Shown here one piece after another: positions 27,434 to 36,374 of a stretch of DNA of 64,000 nt. The stretch is taken from positions 186,001 through 250,000 of IMG/VR virus record IMGVR_UViG_3300023175_000005, one strand, 5' to 3'. How positions within the stretch are numbered: position 1 is the stretch's first letter; every line of letters starts with the position of its first letter. A program made the position numbers and the translations under genes. The notes beneath the pieces were generated by a model. It made no database searches, was not told the origin of the DNA, and saw only the letters and a program-made list of their open reading frames with translations.

Positions 27434-28890
27434 TACAATTCCTCGAATAGATTGTTAAATTGCGTTTGAGCATTTACAATACGCTTGCCTGTATTGCCTC
27501 TAGTACCTATAATACTATCCCAGTATCTAGAAAATTCTAAAATGACAGCCTCGGCTTTTTGTCTGTCATCAGTTTCAAAAATTGCATCAACAACATCTCT
27601 AAACGCAATTCTATCAAATTTTTCTTGTATCAACATATTAGGAATAATACCTGCGTCATATTGACGGTTTGCTTCTTGTACAGCATTAATGTGCATCCAT
27701 ACATTGTGACCCATCATAATTGCATACGAGAAACTATCCCATGAAGTTTTTCCTTCTTTACCGATCTTATTTAGATCGCCCGGACCGTATATACAAATTT
27801 CTTTTGCTTGTAGTCCTGTTGTTATAGGCGAATCTAAGAAACTAGGATGTTTTCCTTCTCTAACAAAAGCTTGTCCAAAAGCAGTTGTATCATTTGCAAG
27901 TGCTTTGTCGTCGATACTAGGTACCATTCTATATACCCACTTGCTTCTATCTTCTGTTTCTAGTTCACAGTAAATCTGTCCATTAGCAGTTGCAAGGAAA
28001 GGCGAAGCACAATCAAATGTAATAGTAAAGTTTTCGTTATGATATTTGCGCACTGCTCTTTGAATGTCAGTGAGCAGTGTAGCCCACTCTAGTTTTGAAG
28101 TTCCTAAGAAGTGCATGAAATCATGTTTGCCTTTTTCAAGCAATCCGTCAAAACGTAACGCAACAACACGTTTAAGTGCTAGGTGTACATCGCACATATT
28201 TTGTCCACCCATTGACCATCCGTTGAAATGATCTTCATATTTTTTAGGATCACAGTAGTCTTTCATTTGATCGTACCAGTCATCTGCGTCTGCATGATTC
28301 TCGCCTTGTAGTACGTTCAAAAACTTACAAGCACCTGTACGATGCTTCATCCAGTAGTCATTATTAATACGTGTTGCTTTAACTGCTTCTTGGTAAGTTG
28401 AAATGCCAGTTGCTTTTGCACCTGCAGGCGAACGTGCAACCCATGCCGGAATATCAAGGATCATACCGTAGTCCATATAAGCATCCATCCAACGCAGTAC
28501 GCCATCACGTTTCTTTTGTGCCTTTGGACAGTTTGGATCTTTCCAGTCACCTTCCCAAACACCCTTACCAATCTGGAAGCCACCTGAGTCGCCAAGTAGC
28601 CAAGTGTTTGCTCTGTCTCTGTTACGCACCATATCTTCCTTAGGTGCATGTTTTGTAGTATCTAAGTCAGCATGTCCTGCTGAGTATAATGTCCACTTAT
28701 ATTGAAACTGTCCTTGATCTTTATTTAGATAGTTAAGACTTTCAACACCATTATTTAAATTACTAGGTATTCTAGCAGGGTCGACATAGTTTTCAAAACG
28801 CTGTTTGCCTACGTAAGTAGCATAAAAGCCACTCAACGCGGGCAGAAAAACAGCATAGTCATTTTGTGTTGCAGTTAAATTTGTATTCAT
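27433..28890 (-). CDS. dpdA: TGT-family deazaguanine DNA transglycosylase (DpdA-like)
   Basis: LGDSGGFQ catalytic Asp motif, MILD, VLQG, HFLG, DCAS; clustered with folE/queD/queE. Confidence 0.75.
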   Translation of the reverse strand: MNTNLTATQNDYAVFLPALSGFYATYVGKQRFENYVDPARIPSNLNNGVESLNYLNKDQGQFQYKWTLYSAGHADLDTTKHAPKEDMVRNRDRANTWLLGDSGGFQIGKGVWEGDWKDPNCPKAQKKRDGVLRWMDAYMDYGMILDIPAWVARSPAGAKATGISTYQEAVKATRINNDYWMKHRTGACKFLNVLQGENHADADDWYDQMKDYCDPKKYEDHFNGWSMGGQNMCDVHLALKRVVALRFDGLLEKGKHDFMHFLGTSKLEWATLLTDIQRAVRKYHNENFTITFDCASPFLATANGQIYCELETEDRSKWVYRMVPSIDDKALANDTTAFGQAFVREGKHPSFLDSPITTGLQAKEICIYGPGDLNKIGKEGKTSWDSFSYAIMMGHNVWMHINAVQEANRQYDAGIIPNMLIQEKFDRIAFRDVVDAIFETDDRQKAEAVILEFSRYWDSIIGTRGNTGKRIVNAQTQFNNLFEEL

Positions 28891-29618
28891 TATTTACTTT
28901 GTGCTGGCAGGATATAGTCATACTTGGCCATACCACTGTCTACTGTAATCATCATAGCACCTTGATCTGTGATGCTAATTTTCTTATCGCCATCTAGCCC
29001 TAAAATAGAAATAGTTTGCGCAACTGGCCATGCCCAAGTATGTTGTAAGTTTCCGCCAACATCATGTTGGAATGTAAACTTACCCGCATGTGTATTCAAG
29101 TCACCAAAGTAAAAATTAAGATTTCCATCTTCTGTCTTAACTTGGAATACAGGTTCTTCTGAATGAGCACCGGCCATTAGTTTCATACGTGCAATTGCTG
29201 CAACACTTGGTTGAAATTCTACATCCCATGTGCTACCTTTAAATTTTACACTTTTTAGTTTTTCTTCAATAATCGCTTTGTTCATAAAGCGATAATCATT
29301 TTGGAAGTCTCCACCTTCATTTTCAAAATGAATGTGTGTTGGAATAGTTTCACCATTCCGATCTTCTTGCACTACGTCAATTTTTGCTTTATCTTGATAT
29401 TCTGGGTTCTTCAAATGATATGCAAGTTTGTTAAGATCTGGCATACCAAATGTACCTACAAATTCTGACACTGGCGAATGTGTTGTAGCACTAAGTACAA
29501 CACTTCTATCTTCCGCCATACTTTCAATACTTGTCTCTTGTTCTGCTACAACTTTTAATGTTGTAATAAAGCCGAGACTATGTGTGTGCGACACAACATC
29601 TTGTAAGATATCTTTCAT
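28890..29618 (-). CDS. DNA polymerase sliding clamp (gp45-like)
   Basis: 242 aa, beta/alpha repeat pattern, terminal YxLPA; polB and clamp loader in the same genome segment. Confidence 0.6.
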   Translation of the reverse strand: MKDILQDVVSHTHSLGFITTLKVVAEQETSIESMAEDRSVVLSATTHSPVSEFVGTFGMPDLNKLAYHLKNPEYQDKAKIDVVQEDRNGETIPTHIHFENEGGDFQNDYRFMNKAIIEEKLKSVKFKGSTWDVEFQPSVAAIARMKLMAGAHSEEPVFQVKTEDGNLNFYFGDLNTHAGKFTFQHDVGGNLQHTWAWPVAQTISILGLDGDKKISITDQGAMMITVDSGMAKYDYILPAQSK

Positions 29619-30391
29619 ACTGTTTCTCCATTGTTAAGTTCTATTATATTGCCTAGTGTGTTGTTTGTCAATAGTTTTTCTATCGAGTATTTAGGTTTAA
29701 AGCCTAATGTTTTAATTTTTTCCATATTTGCACAAGTCCATTGTCTTTCATTTGGGGTATTTAGACGGATGGGCAAATCTTCTGCAAAGTCACGGACACG
29801 AAAAGGATGTCCTGTACCTATATCAATTTCTCCTTTATACTTGCTATTCATGCACAATTCTATTGCATCACATACATCTTCAATATGTATAAAATCTCTA
29901 TAATGATTTGTAACATATTCAAGTTCTCCGTCTAGATACTTTTGCATAAACATTCCTTTGCGTGGAATATCTGAATACACTGTATGAAATCTCATGCATA
30001 GTGTATTTGAATAACATGATGCTGCTTCTTCTACAATATATTTGCTGGCTGCATATGGATTTAGATGTGGTTCATATGCTGAACTAGAACTTGCAATCAA
30101 CATACGTGTATCTGGATAGCGTTCTAAAAGTCTTTTGGTAACTTCTACATTATTTTGCCAATAGCCTGCAGGATCATTCATTGATTCACGAACACCACTT
30201 TTTCCTGCTAGGTGTATAATTAAATCAAATTCTTCTTTCAATTCACAAGTTGTCAGATCTTGACTGTTGTTAAGTTTGTCTCTATCCCAACCGTCCTTAA
30301 GATCAAACCCTACAACACTATGTTTTTTTGTAAGTCTTTTTAGTAAATGACTTCCAATAAAGCCTCTATGGCCTGTTAACATAACTTTCAT
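29615..30391 (-). CDS. NAD-dependent NDP-sugar epimerase/dehydratase
   Basis: TGHRGFIGS Rossmann motif, HLAG, ASSSS, YAASK (YxxxK), RDFIH. Confidence 0.9.
   Translation of the reverse strand: MKVMLTGHRGFIGSHLLKRLTKKHSVVGFDLKDGWDRDKLNNSQDLTTCELKEEFDLIIHLAGKSGVRESMNDPAGYWQNNVEVTKRLLERYPDTRMLIASSSSAYEPHLNPYAASKYIVEEAASCYSNTLCMRFHTVYSDIPRKGMFMQKYLDGELEYVTNHYRDFIHIEDVCDAIELCMNSKYKGEIDIGTGHPFRVRDFAEDLPIRLNTPNERQWTCANMEKIKTLGFKPKYSIEKLLTNNTLGNIIELNNGETV
29643..29671 (-). promoter_or_regulatory. Consensus sigma70 promoter for the clamp gene
   Basis: TTGACA-N17-TATAAT. Confidence 0.8.
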
Positions 30392-31082
30392 TTAAGATCT
30401 CCATTGTATCCTTCCAGTCTTTGACATGATAGGATTTACCATTGCCTCTTTTGGCAATTGCAGTTGATAATGGTTCGTCATTACCACCAGGTTCTTGTTT
30501 ATCGCCAAAAAAGATTAGTTTGTCATGGTCGTTAAAATCATTAATAATTTGTGATTTGTCACAACCTGTAGGATAGATATCAATACCTGTTTCTCCTCCT
30601 ACTTTTGCTGTAATGTTTTCAAATTCTGTGTTAATTTGATAAGCAATACTTTCACGTTCTCTACTTTCGAGATCGTGTTTAATATATAATTTACGTTCGC
30701 CTAGTGTGCAATTACGCCCTACAATTGAAAAGTTTACACAACCTGGACGTACTTCGATATGGTTTCCTGTGCGTAAAGGAAAATTACTTGCTTGTAGCCA
30801 TCCATTCATTAAATCCATAAGTTCTTTTGGTGCCGTCCAGTCGTTAGTTTTTACATTTACACCGTGACTCCAAACATCATTACCAGAACAATTATAAACA
30901 ACTTTTGCTGTGTTAAACAAAACATTTCCAATTTGTTCAACTGTTTTATCTTTGTCACTACCGGTAATCAGATAAACATCGTTAGTTGTTACAAAATCAA
31001 AAAAGAATTTGTTAAACTCAGGATCAATAGTTTGTCTACTAGGAGTTAGTGTTCCGTCGACATCAAAAATAAACTTATTCAT
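30366..31082 (-). CDS. Eukaryote-type HAD phosphomannomutase
   Basis: FDVDGTLTPSRQ, NFSIVGR, GGETGIDIYP.G.DK, FFGDK..GGND. Confidence 0.85.
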   Translation of the reverse strand: MNKFIFDVDGTLTPSRQTIDPEFNKFFFDFVTTNDVYLITGSDKDKTVEQIGNVLFNTAKVVYNCSGNDVWSHGVNVKTNDWTAPKELMDLMNGWLQASNFPLRTGNHIEVRPGCVNFSIVGRNCTLGERKLYIKHDLESRERESIAYQINTEFENITAKVGGETGIDIYPTGCDKSQIINDFNDHDKLIFFGDKQEPGGNDEPLSTAIAKRGNGKSYHVKDWKDTMEILNESYVNRP

Positions 31083-31236
31083 TTATGCATACCGCCTTTT
31101 CTCCTTCTGTAAACAATGCTTCAAGAACTGCTGCATTTATACTGCATTGCTGCTGTGTATTATACTCGTTAAATTTTGTAACTTTATATTCATCAATATC
31201 TACAAGTGAACTAATTATCAATAGTGTCCACATCAT
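31075..31236 (-). CDS. Unannotated 53-aa ORF with hydrophobic N-terminus (MMWTLLIISS...)
   Basis: Overlaps PMM start; upstream GAGG SD. Confidence 0.5.
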   Translation of the reverse strand: MMWTLLIISSLVDIDEYKVTKFNEYNTQQQCSINAAVLEALFTEGEKAVCINE

Positions 31237-31366
31237 CTTTTTCCTCTCTTATTATAAAGTGTACTTTTACAATACCTTTCTTTTCTTTTTTGATATAAAA
31301 TTCTAACCCATTCTCTATAAAAATTTTTCTAAGTTCATTAAGTGTTGGATCGGTATCTCGTATCAT
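31211..31366 (-). CDS. Unannotated 51-aa ORF (MIRDTDPTLNELRK...)
   Basis: SD-like AAGG; fills the gap. Confidence 0.5.
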   Translation of the reverse strand: MIRDTDPTLNELRKIFIENGLEFYIKKEKKGIVKVHFIIREEKDDVDTIDN

Positions 31367-31378
31367 CCTTGTTGCGCC

Positions 31379-31807
31379 TTATGCATTTGATTCCCTTTCG
31401 CATACTCGTTTTCTTAAATCGCTGCTTGAGAAGCGGTGATCTCTTTTGTTGAAATGTAGCTGGATACCCCGCTTCTTGCAAATATCCTTGCCAGTAAAAT
31501 CCTTTTCACGATACTCTTCACCTAGTATTCTAACATCAATATGATACATTGTCAAGATATCTTCTAGGTCCTGTTCAGTTGCATAAGGAATTATTTCATC
31601 TACATAACTCACTCCTTTGAGTTGTGTATAACGTTCCACTATAGTTTGTACAGGTGGATTCTTCTCTGGCCTATCTACACTGGGATCCATTTGCAATCCG
31701 CATATAAGATAGTCACATTGTTCTTTTGCTTCACGTAGCATTTGTACATGTCCTGCATGTAACAAATCAAATGTTGAACAAGTAAATCCTACTTTCATTC
31801 GTACCAA
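31379..31807 (-). CDS. Glycerol-3-phosphate cytidylyltransferase-like (TagD family)
   Basis: STFDLLHAGH (HxGH), ER...L, RDHRFSSS. Confidence 0.85.
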   Translation of the reverse strand: MVRMKVGFTCSTFDLLHAGHVQMLREAKEQCDYLICGLQMDPSVDRPEKNPPVQTIVERYTQLKGVSYVDEIIPYATEQDLEDILTMYHIDVRILGEEYREKDFTGKDICKKRGIQLHFNKRDHRFSSSDLRKRVCERESNA

Positions 31808-32064
31808 TGCCTCCTTTTTCTATTAAAACCCATTTCTTCATCATACTTTTTTATTGCATGATTTATTATTGTCCATTTTACCCAACTTTCCCAACAGTGA
31901 TCATTATTTCTAAATATTATATTAATAATATACACTAGATTTATTTTATTGTCACGTTTTCTTTGCCAGTTCCTTGCACTAAATGTTTGGTTAATTCTGC
32001 CTCCAAGTATAACATTTATAAAAATACTAAATGCTATAGAAAGTCTTTTAAGATACTTCTTCAT
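31795..32064 (-). CDS. Hypothetical protein
   Basis: NVILGG..NQTFSAR..DHC. Confidence 0.55.
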   Translation of the reverse strand: MKKYLKRLSIAFSIFINVILGGRINQTFSARNWQRKRDNKINLVYIINIIFRNNDHCWESWVKWTIINHAIKKYDEEMGFNRKRRHWYE

Positions 32065-32299
32065 TGCTCCCTAAAAGTTTATCGTCATTATTTGCTAACA
32101 TGTTATCTTTAATATCATAAATCTGTTCATGTTTAATCATAGTTATTATAGTATTAGTTAGGTCGACTTCTCTACGCAAGTATCCAATCTTAGTTTGTAA
32201 TTTTTGTAGTTCTTCCAAATAATACTCTAATTCTTTTTCTTTGCGTAACTTTTGTTCTATAAAGTCTGTGATAAGAATAAGTTTTTGTTCTTCACTCAT
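32048..32299 (-). CDS. Hypothetical coiled-coil protein
   Basis: 83 aa. Confidence 0.55.
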   Translation of the reverse strand: MSEEQKLILITDFIEQKLRKEKELEYYLEELQKLQTKIGYLRREVDLTNTIITMIKHEQIYDIKDNMLANNDDKLLGSNEEVS

Positions 32300-32588
32300 T
32301 TAATAAAGTACTCCATTTTTTTAATTTTTCACGTTTTTTGTTGGAACGTTCAGCAACTTCAACATGAGTAACAATTCCATGATCAATCATAAGTTCGATC
32401 ATACACTGCACATCGCCAATTTCTTCCATCAATTTAACACGCTGATCTTCTTCAATTAATTTAGTTGTAGCGTATTTCCGCATAATCTTACTACAACGTT
32501 GTGTAAGTTCTCCACATTCTTCCATAGTAATTGTCATTAGTTGTTGTAATTTGTTAATAGGACTTTCCATATTATACTCCAAATTCAA
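32292..32588 (-). CDS. MazG-like NTP pyrophosphohydrolase
   Basis: EECGEL...EEIGDV. Confidence 0.65.
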   Translation of the reverse strand: MNLEYNMESPINKLQQLMTITMEECGELTQRCSKIMRKYATTKLIEEDQRVKLMEEIGDVQCMIELMIDHGIVTHVEVAERSNKKREKLKKWSTLLNE

Positions 32589-35268
32589 ATAGACTGTTAA
32601 ATGTAGTGTGCTGTTTTGTATCTTCTAGTGGATAGTTTAGCACACCGATTAAATTGTCTAGTTTGTTGTCAATAATAGTTTCTGCCATTGCTGCATCATC
32701 AAATGGCAAGTCTTTAAACCATTCTGGGATACGCAATTCGTCTGTTGGATACGCAACACTTGTATAACCTAGCGGATTCTGTTTTAATTTGCATACGATA
32801 ACCTTCATACCATCTACAATTTCCTGCGAATACTTGTCGCCATTCATACGTTTAAGTGTATTCCAATTAATACTTGCTCTCACATGTCCGGGCATGTTTG
32901 CTTTGCCTTGCTTTTCTTCAAGACGCTGATAGTGTCCGATCTTGTTTGCACGTTTAGGAGCACCCTTTTCCCATCCTGGACGTTCTGAAAATTCTTTTCT
33001 AAATTCAGTAATACGATCAAGAATTTCTTTTTGAGTTTTTTCTTGAAGTACCATCATAAGAATTTCTTTCAAAAAATCTTGCATGTATACCGGAGTATCT
33101 GATCTACGCAAATCTAAGCCCATTGCTTTTACTTTGCCCGGCTTGCCATCTGTGTCGCTTCTAAAGCCTTCTACGTCATACACAAGTGCTGCGTAACGCT
33201 TCTTAGTAATATATAAGCCAGACTCTGCAACAATTTCTCTACCTGCTGCAATAACGTCTGAGCGGCTCTTAGGGCAATGGAATGCTTGCATCATAAAATC
33301 TGGAAACGTTGCATTTGCTGCTTCGCACACTTGATCATACAGTGTAATTACATTGTCTTTGCTCCAAGGAATATTACCCGCATCAATTTCTTTACGTAGT
33401 GTTGGATATGCACTAAAGTAACAAGAGTCAGTATCACCATATATCATTGCTTCGCCGACATGATCATATTCACCTGTAATTACTTTGTTTACTTCTGCAC
33501 TCATGTGCTTAACAATAGTACGACCAGTAAGGGTAGTTGATTGGCCAATACGTTTATCAAAGAATCTACAACCTGGATTCAAAATAGCACCGTACAAACT
33601 ATTCAAGTTAATTTTTTTAACAAGTTGTCGTTTATCCCAGTATTCAATTTCTGCTTCGTTTTCTGCTTCTTTTGCTTTCTTAAGCATCTTTTGCATATCT
33701 TTGCGTTCTGCATACCAACGCTTTAGGATACCAGGAATAACGCCTTCAAACTCTGTAGTAAAAATAGTACCGTTTGAACTTAGCATCCAAGGCATGTTTG
33801 AATCAAAAACAAGTTTATGTATTTCAGCAGCACTTAATACATCTGAACGACCATCTTCCCAATCAACTGTTAGTGCAACATCTTTACGTTGATCCATGAC
33901 TGCTTCATATTCTTCTGTACTAAAGCGACCTTCCCAACTACCTGCAAATGACTTTTTCTTTAGCCCCATATCTTCAGTAACACGAGCTTCACTTATTTCT
34001 GGACGTATTTGCCCTATGATAGTTTCTGGAGCCATGTTCAATGCACGAATCACACTTGGATACAGACTGTTTAAGTCCATTGAGCCAATCCATTTGTGTA
34101 CACCTTTTTTAGGAAACGCAACATACGCACCTGCTGCCTGTGTGTTTTCGTCATCACGTTTTGGACGATTAGGAACACGTAGATCTCTGTTGTGTGCTTC
34201 GTTAATAATGCCTTGTTCTGTAACAGCAACCGCACCCATAGTTGTTTGCAGTAGCACAGTGTTTTCGTGTGCAACTGTGTTGCTTAGATCGATAAAACGT
34301 AATTTCTTATCTAGTTTGTCAAGTAGTGCAACGTCTTGTCTATTATATTCGATAAATGTTTCAAAGTCTTGATTATACAATTGATCAAGTGTACCTTCAT
34401 AAACAGTTTTGTTTTCGCCTACTTCAATTTCACCAATTGCATCTAGTCGATAAGTGTGTCTTTCTTCATATGTGTACTTGCGATACAGTTCAAGACTGTC
34501 TAAATGCACACGACCTACAAAGTCATATGTTTCTGACGTTTTACCAAATTTTTCATATTCACGCTTCTTGGGCATTTGCCCCCAAAGACAAAAGCGTCTG
34601 CAATCGTCATTACTTAATACACGTTTGATTCTATTTACAGTATAAGGAACATCATAGCCTTCTGAGTTCCAACCACTTTGTACATCTGCATCTTCAAGTA
34701 AATCCAAAAAAGTTAGCAACATCTGACGTTCGCCGTCACCGTCTTTGTCGTTAGTGAAAAGTATTACTTCGTCTCCCCAACGTTCTTTACACATAGCAAC
34801 AGCATCTTCATGCTTCATACCTTTAGGCGGAACAGCAAGTGTAATTAGCGCACTGTCTAGCCACTGTAAACATACAGTGATAGCAGTGATCGGCATAAAC
34901 GGATCTTCTACCGGAGCAAAGCCTCGCTCTGGATCAAAGTCAGTCTCAATATCCCAAAATGCAATGTTTAGTTTAGGTGCGTCTTGGTTAAGATAGTTTT
35001 CACTGAGACATTGGAAGATTGGATTAATGTCGCTTTCAAACAAGTTCTTGCCTTTGTTAATAGCAACTTCTTTTCGAAAGTCTTTTGTGTTTTTACACAC
35101 AATACGTGTAAGAGGATCTCCATAAACACTTTTGTATTTGCCTCTTTGATCTTCATAATAAAATGTATATTTTGCTTGATATTCGTGGAAATGTCGCTTT
35201 CCATCTTTGCGTTCTACAACACGAATGATATCTTGATCACGGTCAAAGAATGCATCTACATAACTCAT
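32572..35268 (-). CDS. polB: Family B DNA polymerase (gp43-like)
   Basis: ExoI DIET, GWNSEGYDVPY, DLNSLYPS, KINLNSLYG, YGDTDS, KKRY. Confidence 0.97.
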   Translation of the reverse strand: MSYVDAFFDRDQDIIRVVERKDGKRHFHEYQAKYTFYYEDQRGKYKSVYGDPLTRIVCKNTKDFRKEVAINKGKNLFESDINPIFQCLSENYLNQDAPKLNIAFWDIETDFDPERGFAPVEDPFMPITAITVCLQWLDSALITLAVPPKGMKHEDAVAMCKERWGDEVILFTNDKDGDGERQMLLTFLDLLEDADVQSGWNSEGYDVPYTVNRIKRVLSNDDCRRFCLWGQMPKKREYEKFGKTSETYDFVGRVHLDSLELYRKYTYEERHTYRLDAIGEIEVGENKTVYEGTLDQLYNQDFETFIEYNRQDVALLDKLDKKLRFIDLSNTVAHENTVLLQTTMGAVAVTEQGIINEAHNRDLRVPNRPKRDDENTQAAGAYVAFPKKGVHKWIGSMDLNSLYPSVIRALNMAPETIIGQIRPEISEARVTEDMGLKKKSFAGSWEGRFSTEEYEAVMDQRKDVALTVDWEDGRSDVLSAAEIHKLVFDSNMPWMLSSNGTIFTTEFEGVIPGILKRWYAERKDMQKMLKKAKEAENEAEIEYWDKRQLVKKINLNSLYGAILNPGCRFFDKRIGQSTTLTGRTIVKHMSAEVNKVITGEYDHVGEAMIYGDTDSCYFSAYPTLRKEIDAGNIPWSKDNVITLYDQVCEAANATFPDFMMQAFHCPKSRSDVIAAGREIVAESGLYITKKRYAALVYDVEGFRSDTDGKPGKVKAMGLDLRRSDTPVYMQDFLKEILMMVLQEKTQKEILDRITEFRKEFSERPGWEKGAPKRANKIGHYQRLEEKQGKANMPGHVRASINWNTLKRMNGDKYSQEIVDGMKVIVCKLKQNPLGYTSVAYPTDELRIPEWFKDLPFDDAAMAETIIDNKLDNLIGVLNYPLEDTKQHTTFNSLFEFGV

Positions 35269-35273
35269 TTATT

Positions 35274-35297
35274 CTCCTTCGTTGTTTCTGGCCAACG
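35274..35297 (-). promoter_or_regulatory. Hairpin abutting the polB SD (candidate autogenous translational operator)
   Basis: CGUUG/CAACG 5-bp stem, 8-nt loop GCCAGAAA, directly followed by AAGGAG. Confidence 0.45.
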
Positions 35298-35340
35298 GAC
35301 CTTCTACATGCTCGTAATGTGAGCGACTCATTATTATATA

Positions 35341-35622
35341 TTACAGCAAGAATAATTGCACCATTGCTATTGAGTTCATTACAACGAACCATGCACATAA
35401 TACTATTGCAAATGCTGCTTTACGAATTACAGTGCTAATAACTCCAAGTATACTTCCGATTAAATACATCGGAATAAAAATCTCTGTTGCTGGATCTAAC
35501 ACTGTAAATGTAAGTACAGCACTTGCAGAAATTAAAATTAATGTTTCTGCCATTTCGCAATAAAATGCTAGTGGAGAAAGTCTATAACTTTCTTTACAGA
35601 AATCAATTATAGATTTAATCAT
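35341..35622 (-). CDS. Small membrane protein
   Basis: Three hydrophobic segments. Confidence 0.65.
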   Translation of the reverse strand: MIKSIIDFCKESYRLSPLAFYCEMAETLILISASAVLTFTVLDPATEIFIPMYLIGSILGVISTVIRKAAFAIVLCAWFVVMNSIAMVQLFLL

Positions 35623-35879
35623 TTATCTTTACCAACAGTAACAACAAGTGTTTCGAGATCTTCAAACTCGTCTTGGTGTTTATCCCAATCTCCTTTTTGT
35701 GCAACTTTAATTGCCTTGTTGATTAAACTTGGCTTAATGTTAAGTTCTTCTGCTACTGCTTTTACTGTGTCTTTTAAACCTGCTTGTAAGTCTTCAATTT
35801 CTTGAAGCACAGTCACACCTTCATTAACTAGGCGTTCTAGTTTTTGCTTTTCTTCAGAACCATATACTCGATCACTCAT
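35619..35879 (-). CDS. GapR/T4 DsbA-like dsDNA-binding protein
   Basis: Helical pattern L..L..E...EIEDL...LKD...A.EE..IKP..INKAIK; own promoter at 35900-35927. Confidence 0.5.
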   Translation of the reverse strand: MSDRVYGSEEKQKLERLVNEGVTVLQEIEDLQAGLKDTVKAVAEELNIKPSLINKAIKVAQKGDWDKHQDEFEDLETLVVTVGKDK

Positions 35880-35899
35880 AAGACTTCTCCTTTATTTGT

Positions 35900-35927
35900 A
35901 TTATACAGTTTATAAGGAAAAAGTCAA
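35900..35927 (-). promoter_or_regulatory. Sigma70-type promoter
   Basis: TTGACT-N16-TATAAT. Confidence 0.6.
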
Positions 35928-35934
35928 GAGGTAA

Positions 35935-36153
35935 TTACCACTTTAATGATGTTCTTTTTTTGTAATCTTGTTGAGCACGGATGGCATTTATACATCGAAG
36001 GATTCTATTTTTCTTTTCACCAGGACGATGATAGTTATTTTTTTGTTCCCAAGTTTTGTCTCTTTCGAGTTCTTTGGCAAATTGCTCGCCTAATAGTTTT
36101 TCTAAATACGTCAAGTCGTCGTTACTAAGTTCTTGTATCTTCTTTGAAACCAT
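35935..36153 (-). CDS. Hypothetical protein (MVSKKIQEL...)
   Basis: C-terminal part of track ORF 35935-36333; start overlaps upstream gene. Confidence 0.55.
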   Translation of the reverse strand: MVSKKIQELSNDDLTYLEKLLGEQFAKELERDKTWEQKNNYHRPGEKKNRILRCINAIRAQQDYKKRTSLKW

Positions 36154-36343
36154 TTTGTCTGTCTTTCCATGCTTGTTCAAACTGTTCACTGTAGTCATAC
36201 AAAGGAGCGCCATCGGCACCATCATACCAAAGGCGTTTGAAATAACCTTCAGCACTTTGTACAACTGTTTCAGGGGATGCGTCAAGATGACCCTTGACCA
36301 TGTAAAATAATCTGTATTCTTCTTTGAGATCATTTCTTAACAT
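36125..36343 (-). CDS. Hypothetical protein, probable leaderless late gene
   Basis: TAAATAC-AGT-ATG. Confidence 0.55.
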   Translation of the reverse strand: MLRNDLKEEYRLFYMVKGHLDASPETVVQSAEGYFKRLWYDGADGAPLYDYSEQFEQAWKDRQNGFKEDTRT

Positions 36344-36374
36344 ACTGTATTTACATATTTGTTACAATAGAGCG

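Noticed and set aside
33485-34372. Long plus-strand ORFs antisense to polB (135 and 158 aa)
   Set aside because: Shadow frames of a strongly conserved gene; no SD or promoter; same for the other antisense ORFs in the track
32572-35268. Intein or intron in polB (also thyX, clpA)
   Set aside because: Lengths are normal and motifs contiguous; no Hint or homing-endonuclease motifs
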